Assembly: GCA_044223005.1 (NCBI GenBank)
Contig: JBGAML010000006.1
Coordinates: 160,001-224,000 of the forward strand
Direction: 5' to 3'
Origin: Candidatus Eiseniibacteriota bacterium
GTDB lineage: Bacteria > Eisenbacteria > RBG-16-71-46
DNA length: 64,000 bases
Positions 56,641 through 64,000 of the stretch are shown piece by piece. Under the pieces are notes generated by a model. The model did not search any database and had not been told where the DNA came from. It saw nothing but the letters and a program-made list of their open reading frames with translations. Positions within the stretch are counted from its first letter, which is position 1; each line of letters starts with the position of its first letter. Position numbers and translations under genes: made by a program.

Positions 56641-57021
56641 GAAGCAGGCCTCGTCCAGCCGGGTGCGGGGGCCGGGCCGGAAAGTTGAGGGACCAAGATC
56701 GACGGGTTCGCGGGGGTCGTCGCCGCGCAGCCGGTACGATCGCCAAGGGGTGGATCGGAGGGGCGGGCGTCGAAGCGCGTCGACCAAGGCCGACTATACT
56801 CCGGGCTGCATCCGAGCCAAGTAAACTCGTCCTGAACGTACGCTGAACGCCCGAACCCGCCGGCCTTTCGGACTCTCCGCGCACATCCCTTCAACGTGCG
56901 GACCGGCCCGAGCGCACGGAAAAAATGCGGTTTCGATCACCCCGGCCGATCGATGTTCAGTGCGAGCCGTACGCGGCACGCGAAGTGCCGCGTGCAACCC
57001 CTACGCCCGGGCCGGGTTGGC

Positions 57022-58086
57022 TCAGGCGGACTCGAGCGCGGCCAGGACCAGGTCGCCGACGGCTCGCGTCCCCACGCCGGAGTCCATGCCGAGGTCGGGC
57101 AGCTTCCCGGAGCGCAGGACGCGGACGACGGCGGCCTCCACCCGGGCCGCCGCGCGGGGCTCGCCGAGGTACTCGAGCATCATGGCCACGGCCATGATCG
57201 TGGCCATGGGATTGGCCCGGTCCTGCCCCGCGAACTGTGGCGCCGAGCCGTGGATCGACTCGAACAGGCTCGTCCGGCCGGGATGCAGGTTCGCGCTCGC
57301 GGCGAGCCCGAGGCCGCCGACCAGCGCGGCTCCGAGATCGGTGAAGATGTCGCCGAACATGTTGCTCGTCACGACGGTGTCGTACTGCTCCGGCTGCGTG
57401 ACGACGAACATGCACGCGGCGTCGATGTACTGGTGCCGCCGCTCGACGTCCGGGTACTCGGCGCCGATCTCGGCGAACGCGCGCGTCCAGAGTTCCATGG
57501 CGCGGATCGCGTTCGCCTTGGTGAGCAGCGTGAGCGAGCGGCGGCGTGCACGCGCGCGGCAGAGATCGAACGCGAAGCGCAGTACGCGCTCGACGCCCTT
57601 GCGCGTGAACAGGATCTCCTGCGTCGCGATCTCGTCGGGCGTGCCCTTCTTGAACTGGCCCCACATGCCGGCGTAGGCGTCTTCGGTGTTCTCGCGCACG
57701 ACCACGAAGTCGAGATGCTCGGGCCCCTTGCCCTTGAGCGGCGTGAACGCGGAATCGTAGAGCTTGACCGGCCGCACGTTCGCGTACAGGTCGAGCTCGA
57801 AGCGGAGCTTGCCGACGATGCCGAACTCCAGCGTGCCGGGCGTGACGCGCGGATCGCCGATCGCGCCGAGCAGGACGGCGTCGTGGCCGCGAATCTCGGC
57901 GAACGCGGACTCGGGCAGGATCTCGCCGGTCTTCAGGAAGTGCTCGGCGCCGAACGGATACGTGGTGCGCTCGAAGCGCAGGCCTTCCAGCTGCTCGATG
58001 CGATCGAGCACGCGCAGGCCTTCACGCACGACCTCGGGGCCGATGCCGTCGCCGGGAACGACCGCGATGCGCCGCATGCGGGTCAC
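57022..58086 (-). CDS. leuB: 3-isopropylmalate dehydrogenase (beta-decarboxylating dehydrogenase family)
   Basis: PGDGIGPEV, LGAIGDP, LYANVRP, RENTE, KAN, NMFGDI, HGSAP, ANP; SD GAGGAG before GTG. Confidence 0.85.
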   Translation of the reverse strand: MTRMRRIAVVPGDGIGPEVVREGLRVLDRIEQLEGLRFERTTYPFGAEHFLKTGEILPESAFAEIRGHDAVLLGAIGDPRVTPGTLEFGIVGKLRFELDLYANVRPVKLYDSAFTPLKGKGPEHLDFVVVRENTEDAYAGMWGQFKKGTPDEIATQEILFTRKGVERVLRFAFDLCRARARRRSLTLLTKANAIRAMELWTRAFAEIGAEYPDVERRHQYIDAACMFVVTQPEQYDTVVTSNMFGDIFTDLGAALVGGLGLAASANLHPGRTSLFESIHGSAPQFAGQDRANPMATIMAVAMMLEYLGEPRAAARVEAAVVRVLRSGKLPDLGMDSGVGTRAVGDLVLAALESA

Positions 58087-58114
58087 GGGAACTCCTCGCG
58101 GGCCGGGCCCGCGG

Positions 58115-59326
58115 TCAGGGTTGGAGCGAGTACTCGACGTTGATCCAGACGCGCGCCGCATGCCCGGAGCGCACCGCGGGCTTGAAGCGCCAGTGTTCGG
58201 AGAGCTCCATCATCCGGTGCATCAGCAGCGGCGAGATGCGCGCCGGCGGCAGGTAGGGGAACTCGACCGCGAGCGCCCGCCCGGACTCGTCGACCAGCGC
58301 CGAGGCTTCGATGCTGAGCGTCGAGGCGAGCTGCATGCGCGCCCGGTCCTCGTCGCCGAGCTTGAGCGTCGGCAGGCCGCCGTAGAGGCCGGGGATCTGG
58401 TCCATGGGGAGCGTCTCGACGAGCTTGGGCCCGATGGGCGGGATCAGCGCGGTCGCGCGGCGGCCGCCGCTGAGGAAGCGATCGGGCAGCGAGTCCGGCT
58501 TCGCGGCGGGGTTCGCGAGGCGCACGAGCGAGAGCGCGGCGGTACGCGCCACCGAGTCGCGCTCGATCGCCGCGACGAAGCAGCGCCGCGCGAGCGCGCG
58601 ATCGCCGTCGCGCCACGCCCAGAGCCCGCGCAGCTCGTACGCCTCGGGCAGCGTCGGATCGAGCCCGAGCGCGAGCGAGGACTCCTCGCGGGCGAGCGCG
58701 GCGTCGCCCGCGCGGCCGGCCGCGACGGCGAGCAGCAGATGGTCCCGGCCCGACAGCGGGAACGCGCGCGTCGCGACGTGGGCCGCGGCGACCGCCTCGT
58801 CCCAGCGCCGCAGGCGCAGCGCCAGTTCGGCGCGCGCGCGGGCGATCGTCCAGTACCAGCCGTCGAAGCGGCCGTTGATCCACGTGCGGTCGCGCCCGGG
58901 CCCGATCGGGTGCCACTGGTTGGAGTGCGTGCTGTCGGCGAGCGCGGCCTCGAGGATCGGCGAGTGCAGGCGCGCCCACGCGCTGTCGGTCGCGCCCGAG
59001 CGCGCCTCGTCGAGCGCCAGCGCGACCTCGAGGTCGGCGTCGGGAGGCACGAGCGCGCGGAGCTCCTTCAGCGTCGCCGCGGCGCGGGCGTACGCGAGCT
59101 CGTCCTCGCGCTCGCGCGCCTGCTCGGCCAGCAGCGTCGGCGATGCGCCGGCGGGCCGAGCGGGCGTGGCGGTGCGCGGCGCCGCCGTCGCGGGCTTGCG
59201 CGGCAGCGGCCGGCGCGCGGCCGGCGGCGGCGCCGCGAGCGCGGCCAGCGCGCCGGCGGCGGCGAGGGCGAGCAGCAGGGCGAAAACGAGCGGGAGCGAG
59301 GCGGGACGAAGGCGATGGAGTTTCAT
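58115..59326 (-). CDS. Exported TPR protein with a C-terminal TonB-C-like domain
   Basis: Signal/TM segment, Pro/Ala linker, TPR units (LDPTLPEAYELRG), and C-terminus LVDESGR...WRFKPA..SG...VWINVEY. Confidence 0.7.
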   Translation of the reverse strand: MKLHRLRPASLPLVFALLLALAAAGALAALAAPPPAARRPLPRKPATAAPRTATPARPAGASPTLLAEQAREREDELAYARAAATLKELRALVPPDADLEVALALDEARSGATDSAWARLHSPILEAALADSTHSNQWHPIGPGRDRTWINGRFDGWYWTIARARAELALRLRRWDEAVAAAHVATRAFPLSGRDHLLLAVAAGRAGDAALAREESSLALGLDPTLPEAYELRGLWAWRDGDRALARRCFVAAIERDSVARTAALSLVRLANPAAKPDSLPDRFLSGGRRATALIPPIGPKLVETLPMDQIPGLYGGLPTLKLGDEDRARMQLASTLSIEASALVDESGRALAVEFPYLPPARISPLLMHRMMELSEHWRFKPAVRSGHAARVWINVEYSLQP

Positions 59327-59360
59327 GCGCGATCTTGGAGCGAGGGAATGGGGGAGTCGT

Positions 59361-60602
59361 TCAGGGGACGCGGGTCTCCGCGAGCGCGGCGAGCACGGCG
59401 TGGATCTCGTCGTCGGTGAGCAGGCGATCGACGCTCTTGGCGCGCTGGAACACGGCCTGCACGCGCTCACGCGTGGGTTCGATGCGGCGCGTCTCGAGCC
59501 AGTACACGACGTTGCTCTCGCCGCTCATCGGGCCGACCTCGATCTCCTGGCGCCGGCCGATCAGTCCCGCGGGCACGCCCGAGTAGACGCGGTCCGCGAG
59601 CCAGTCCTCGCCCTTGCGGTAGGCCTTGATCACCGCCGCCGCGTGGACGCCGGTGCCGGTGCGGAACGCGTCCGCGCCGACCATGGGGTAGTTCACGGGA
59701 ATCGGCACCTGCGTGTACGTGGACGTCTTCTCGCAGTACTCGGTGAGCGCGGTGAGGTCGTTGGGAATCCACCCGAGGAGCTTGAGGTTCACGAGCAGCT
59801 GGTCCATGGGCGTGTTGCCGACGCGCTCGCCGATGCCGATCGCGCAGCCGTGCACGCGCGTCGCGCCGGCTCGGATGGCGGCGATGGTGTTGATCACCGC
59901 GAAGCCGCGGTCGGAGTGGCCGTGCCAGTCGATCCCGACGCGCCGGCCGCTCTCCTGCACGACCTCGTGCGTGAATCCGAGCAGGTTGCGGACCCCCGAC
60001 GGCGTCGCGTGGCCGACCGTGTCGCAGAGGCAGAGCCGCTTCGCGCCGCATTCGATCGCGGCGAGGAACAGCCGCCGCAGCGTGGCCGGATGCGCGCGGA
60101 TGGTGTCCTCGGTGACGTACATCACGTCGAGCCCGTGCTGCGTCGCGAACGTGACGGCCTCGCGCGTGTGCTGCAGCATCACGTCCTCGGTCCAGTTCTC
60201 CGCGTACTGGCGGATGGGCGAGGAGCCGATGAACGTGCACACCTCGATCGGCAGGCCGACCTTCTGCGACACCTCGACCACCGGCTCGATGTCGCGCACG
60301 ACGGTCCGCGCGGCGCAGTTGGCGCGGATCGAGAGCTTCGCCGAGACGATCTCCTGCGCCAGGGCGGTGACGTCGCGGACCACGTGCGGCCCGGCGCCCG
60401 GAAGCCCGATGTCGGCCGTGTCGATCCCGAGCCGGTCCATGAGGTGGAGCAGCTCGATCTTCTGGTCGATCGTCGGCGTCATCACCGACGGCGACTGCAG
60501 GCCGTCGCGCAGCGTCTCGTCGTCGAACTGGATCCGGAACGGCGGCTGGTCCCACACCTCGCCGGCCAGGTTCCAGTCGTAGATCAGCTCGCGTTCGTCC
60601 AT
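59361..60602 (-). CDS. LeuA-family (DRE-TIM) isopropylmalate-synthase-like enzyme without a regulatory domain
   Basis: DETLRDGLQ, DTVG, HGHSDRG, GIGERVGN, GVH; 413 aa. Confidence 0.88.
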   Translation of the reverse strand: MDERELIYDWNLAGEVWDQPPFRIQFDDETLRDGLQSPSVMTPTIDQKIELLHLMDRLGIDTADIGLPGAGPHVVRDVTALAQEIVSAKLSIRANCAARTVVRDIEPVVEVSQKVGLPIEVCTFIGSSPIRQYAENWTEDVMLQHTREAVTFATQHGLDVMYVTEDTIRAHPATLRRLFLAAIECGAKRLCLCDTVGHATPSGVRNLLGFTHEVVQESGRRVGIDWHGHSDRGFAVINTIAAIRAGATRVHGCAIGIGERVGNTPMDQLLVNLKLLGWIPNDLTALTEYCEKTSTYTQVPIPVNYPMVGADAFRTGTGVHAAAVIKAYRKGEDWLADRVYSGVPAGLIGRRQEIEVGPMSGESNVVYWLETRRIEPTRERVQAVFQRAKSVDRLLTDDEIHAVLAALAETRVP

Positions 60603-60680
60603 CGGAGGCTCCTGCGCTGGGGGCACGACGAGGACCCGTGCGATTCCGGGGCCGAGGATACCGTCCCGAAGCCCGGCCGG

Positions 60681-61904
60681 CTACGCCCGTTCGACCAGCA
60701 CGGCCATGCCCTGGCCGCCGCCGATGCAGGCGCTCGCGATGCCGAACTTCTTGCCGCGCTTGCCCAGTTCGATGAGCAGCGTGTAGAGGAGCCGCGTTCC
60801 CGTCGCGCCGAGCGGATGGCCGAGGCCGATCGCGCCACCGTTGACGTTCACCTTCTCGCGATCGAGGTCGAGGTCCTTCTCCACGGCGAGGTACTGGCCC
60901 GCGAAGGCCTCGTTGATCTCGAACAGGTCGACCTGGTCGAGCTTCATCCCGGTCCGCTCGAGCACCTTGCGGATCGCGGGCGCCGGCCCGAAGCCCATCG
61001 TCGCCGGCTCCACGCCGACGTACGACCAGCCGCGCACGAACCCGATCGGCTTGCGGCCTTCCTTCTGCGCGTTGCCGGCCGTGGTGACGACGAGCGCGGC
61101 CGCGCCGTCCACGACGCCGCTCGCGTTGCCCGCGGTGACCATGGACTCGGGCCCGAACGCGGCCGGCAAAGCCGCGAGTCGCTCGATGCTCGTGCTGGGG
61201 AAGAGGTGGTCGTCCTTGTCCACCGACGACGTCTTCTTGCCCTGGCGCACCTCGACCGGGACGATCTCCTCGGCGAAGCGGCCGTTGTTGTTCGCCTCGT
61301 TGGCGCGCTCGTGCGAGCGCAGCGCGAACTGGTCCTGCTGCTCGCGCGAGATGCCGTACTTGCGCGCGAGGTTGTCGCTCGTCTGCGCCATGAAGAAGCC
61401 GCACATGGTGTCCTTGAGCGCCACGAACAGCGAGTCCTCGAGCGCCGCGCCGGGCCCGAGACGGAAGCCGCTGCGCGCGCCGCGCACGACGTGGGGGGCC
61501 TGGCTCATGTTCTCCATGCCGCCGGCGACGATCCAGTTGGCCTCGCCGAGCTGCAGCAACTGCGCCGCGCTCACGACCGACTGCAGGCCGGAGCCGCAGA
61601 GACGGTTCACGGTGAGCGCCGGGCACTCGGTGTCGAGGCCGGCCTTGAGCGCCACGTGCCGCGCGCCGTAGAGCGCGTCGCCCGAAGTCTGGAGCGCGTT
61701 GCCCATCACGACGTGGTCGAAGATGCCGGGCGGCAGGTCCGCGCGCTCGATGGCGGCGCGAGCGGCAGCGGCGCCCAGGTCGAGAGCCGAGACGCTCGCG
61801 AGCGCGCCGCCGTTCAGGCCGTCGCCTCGCTTGCCGCCGATCCACTCGGCCATGGGAGTGCGGGCGCCGGAGATGATGACGACTTCGGGCAGGGCGTTCG
61901 ACAC
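60681..61904 (-). CDS. Acetyl-CoA C-acyltransferase (thiolase)
   Basis: NRLCGSG, GGMENMS, VTAGNASG, EINEAF, GHPLGATG, CIGGGQG; SD GGAGG. Confidence 0.96.
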   Translation of the reverse strand: MSNALPEVVIISGARTPMAEWIGGKRGDGLNGGALASVSALDLGAAAARAAIERADLPPGIFDHVVMGNALQTSGDALYGARHVALKAGLDTECPALTVNRLCGSGLQSVVSAAQLLQLGEANWIVAGGMENMSQAPHVVRGARSGFRLGPGAALEDSLFVALKDTMCGFFMAQTSDNLARKYGISREQQDQFALRSHERANEANNNGRFAEEIVPVEVRQGKKTSSVDKDDHLFPSTSIERLAALPAAFGPESMVTAGNASGVVDGAAALVVTTAGNAQKEGRKPIGFVRGWSYVGVEPATMGFGPAPAIRKVLERTGMKLDQVDLFEINEAFAGQYLAVEKDLDLDREKVNVNGGAIGLGHPLGATGTRLLYTLLIELGKRGKKFGIASACIGGGQGMAVLVERA

Positions 61905-62220
61905 GGGTGGATCCTCCGGAAGGACGGGGCTGGGCCAGTTGAGATGCCGCGAAGGGCCGGAAGGTAGCAGAGCGTCGGGAGGCGTCAACGGCCGGGCGGG
62001 AGGGGCCGGCGGAAGCGTGCGGCGGTGGCCCGCGATGCGGTGCGCGCGTTCGAGCGGAGGGTGAGCGCGTGGCTCGGGGAGCTCGAGAAGCGGAAGTTCG
62101 GTTCGGAACGGCGAGCGTCGCGGCCGGCGCCTGCGCCCGAAGGTGCGGCGTCGGGCGCACCGCTCCCGCCGCCGCGATCGACGGGGCCCCGGGTGCGCGG
62201 GCCGTGCTACCTTCGCTCGC

Positions 62221-62640
62221 ATGAAATCCCACACCGAGTACCTGTGGATGAACGTGCCCGAGCGGCGCGCGTTCGTGAACATCACCCGCGAGGTCGCGGC
62301 CGCCGTCGAGAAGTCCGGCGTGCGCGAAGGACTCGTGCTGGTCAACGCCATGCATATCTCGGCGAGCGTGTTCATCAACGACGACGAATCCGGGCTGCAC
62401 CACGACTACGATGTGTGGCTCGAGAAGCTCGCGCCGCACGCGCCCACGTCACAGTACCGGCACAACGACACGGGCGAGGACAACGCCGACGCGCACCTCA
62501 AGCGCCAGGTGATGGGGCGCGAGGTCGTGGTGGCGATCACGAAGGGCCAGCTCGATTTCGGGCCGTGGGAGCAGGTCTTCTACGGCGAGTTCGACGGTGG
62601 CCGCCGGAAGCGCATCCTCATCAAGGTGATCGGCGAATGA
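62221..62640 (+). CDS. yjbQ: YjbQ/UPF0047 family protein
   Basis: [29 protein letters not shown]. Confidence 0.92.
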   Translation: MKSHTEYLWMNVPERRAFVNITREVAAAVEKSGVREGLVLVNAMHISASVFINDDESGLHHDYDVWLEKLAPHAPTSQYRHNDTGEDNADAHLKRQVMGREVVVAITKGQLDFGPWEQVFYGEFDGGRRKRILIKVIGE

Positions 62641-63128
62641 CGCGAGTGACCGTGCGCCCCGTGCGCCGCGAAGACATGCCGCAAGTGTGGACGATGGTGC
62701 GCGAGCTCGCCGTGTTCGAGAAGCTCGAGGACATGGTGACGGGCAGCGAGGCCGCGATGTCGCGCGCGCTGTTCGACACGCCACCGATGCTGTTCGGGCT
62801 CGTCGCCGAAGTGGACGGCGCGCTCGTCGGCTACGCGCTCTATCACTTCACGTACTCGTCGTTCCGCACCAATCCGCGCATGTGGCTCGAGGATCTCTAC
62901 GTGCGCGACACCGCGCGCGGCACCGGCGCGGGCCGGGCGCTGCTCGCGGGCTTCGTGCGCGACGCGCTCGCGCGCGGCTGCCATCGCGTGGACTGGAACG
63001 TGCTCGACTGGAATCCCGCGCGCGCGTTCTACGAACGCCAGGGCGCAGAGCCGTCGACGGAGGGCTGGACGCAGTACGGCATGGACGCCGACGCCATGCG
63101 CGAGCTGGCCCGGGACGAGGGGCGCTAG
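62637..63128 (+). CDS. GNAT N-acetyltransferase (diamine acetyltransferase-like)
   Basis: [36 protein letters not shown] coupling. Confidence 0.9.
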   Translation: MTRVTVRPVRREDMPQVWTMVRELAVFEKLEDMVTGSEAAMSRALFDTPPMLFGLVAEVDGALVGYALYHFTYSSFRTNPRMWLEDLYVRDTARGTGAGRALLAGFVRDALARGCHRVDWNVLDWNPARAFYERQGAEPSTEGWTQYGMDADAMRELARDEGR

Positions 63129-63366
63129 CCCCGGACTGTCGGTCCAGACGACAGTTCTTCGGGAACCGGCATTCGTCAGGCTGGGCCGAACCCGCCGCAA
63201 TCCGGGACAAAACTCATCCATCGCGTCAGATGGCTGCCGCATCGCGTTCCGGGCACCGCACTTGCAGTGACACCCCCGCGGAGTGGTGTGCCCGCGGGGA
63301 GGCCGTTGGCTCGTGCCAGGGTGGCGCGAGGGCCCGAGGGGACGGAGCCGCTCCGCGGAGCCCATC

Positions 63367-64000
63367 ATGCCGAGCCCCAATCGCAGCGCACGTGCCCCCC
63401 GAGTGCTGCCCTTCCTGTTCTCGCTCACCTTCACGCTGCTCGCCGTGCACGGATCGCACGCGACGCCGTCGTGGGTGACGCAGGTGCCGCCCGAGAAGCT
63501 GCTCCAGTTCCAGCCGCGCTCCGCGGACGACTTCGCGCGCTTCGCGCAGGAGGTCGGCCTCGACGCGAGCGCGCGTCGTGCCGGTAGCATCGCCGCGGCG
63601 GAACCGGCGAGCGCGCTCACGGGCGTCGGCCTCTGGCGCGAGTGGGGACCGCCGGTGCGCGCGGGACACACGATCGTGTTCGATACGCGCCGTCATCGCG
63701 AGATCCTGCTCGGCGGCCTCGGTGTGTACGATCCACAGGGGACGGTGTGGATGCGCTCGCTGCCCGGCGGCCAATGGGCGCCGCTCACGCACCTGCCCTG
63801 GGTCGTGACCTCGGCCGACGGACTCGGCGCCGAACTCGGTGCCGTCTACGATTCGGTCGGCGACCGGCTCGTCGTGCTCCACGCGGACGGCCAGTTCGAA
63901 CTGGACGCGCTGCCCCTCGGCGCGGCACCCGTCTGGTCGCACCTTTGGACCGGGCCGAGCACCGCGAACGGTGCCCTGGCGGGATTCGCTCTCGACTCGC
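63367..64000 (+). CDS. Secreted Kelch-like repeat protein, N-terminal part (partial; absent from the supplied ORF track)
   Basis: Frame from ATG 63367 is open to the window end: signal peptide LPFLFSLTFTLLAVHGSHA, RAGHTIVFDTRRHREILLGG, AVYDSVGDRLVV. Confidence 0.75.
   Translation, partial: MPSPNRSARAPRVLPFLFSLTFTLLAVHGSHATPSWVTQVPPEKLLQFQPRSADDFARFAQEVGLDASARRAGSIAAAEPASALTGVGLWREWGPPVRAGHTIVFDTRRHREILLGGLGVYDPQGTVWMRSLPGGQWAPLTHLPWVVTSADGLGAELGAVYDSVGDRLVVLHADGQFELDALPLGAAPVWSHLWTGPSTANGALAGFALDS

Noticed and set aside
56834..56848. GAAC-N7-GAAC read as an SOS box
   Set aside because: That LexA motif is specific to Alphaproteobacteria and I did not see it before ruvC or mutM here; kept only as a generic direct repeat.

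Overview
This is a very GC-rich (by eye roughly 70-75%) core-chromosome segment from a diderm bacterium. It carries one complete rRNA operon (16S-tRNAIle-tRNAAla-23S-5S, with tandem promoters, boxA sites and a terminator), tRNA-Asp, and about 45 protein genes. These include a peptidoglycan-recycling operon (murQ, solute-binding lipoprotein, anmK, SpoIID/LytB), mutM, an RlmI-type methyltransferase, mazG, a PAS kinase/sigma54-activator pair, alr-deoB-cdd-deoC-pdp, PBP1A, tyrS, sppA, an EF-G paralogue, ruvCAB-queA, an acyl-CoA carboxylase beta subunit, mtgA and a thiolase/leuA-like/leuB cluster. Three proteins end in the same FlgD-Ig/T9SS-type-A-like C-terminal domain, which together with the GC content suggests an FCB-related lineage such as Ca. 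Eisenbacteria (inference only, not tested). I found no CRISPR array, integrase or transposase. Best leads: (1) DeoC carries an N-terminal microcompartment-type encapsulation peptide plus a Cys/His module, yet no shell genes lie in the window; (2) a stand-alone 77-aa K-tract plus 62% D/E protein resembling the RNA-polymerase delta-subunit tail, with its own promoter and a structured leader; (3) a candidate sigma54 promoter with TGTCA-N3-TGACA enhancer sites upstream of a pseudo-receiver gene; (4) a family of FlgD-type sorting-domain proteins, including a solitary domain with no signal peptide; (5) a DEAD-box helicase with eroded RNA-binding motifs. All calls come from motif recognition by eye; no database search was run.
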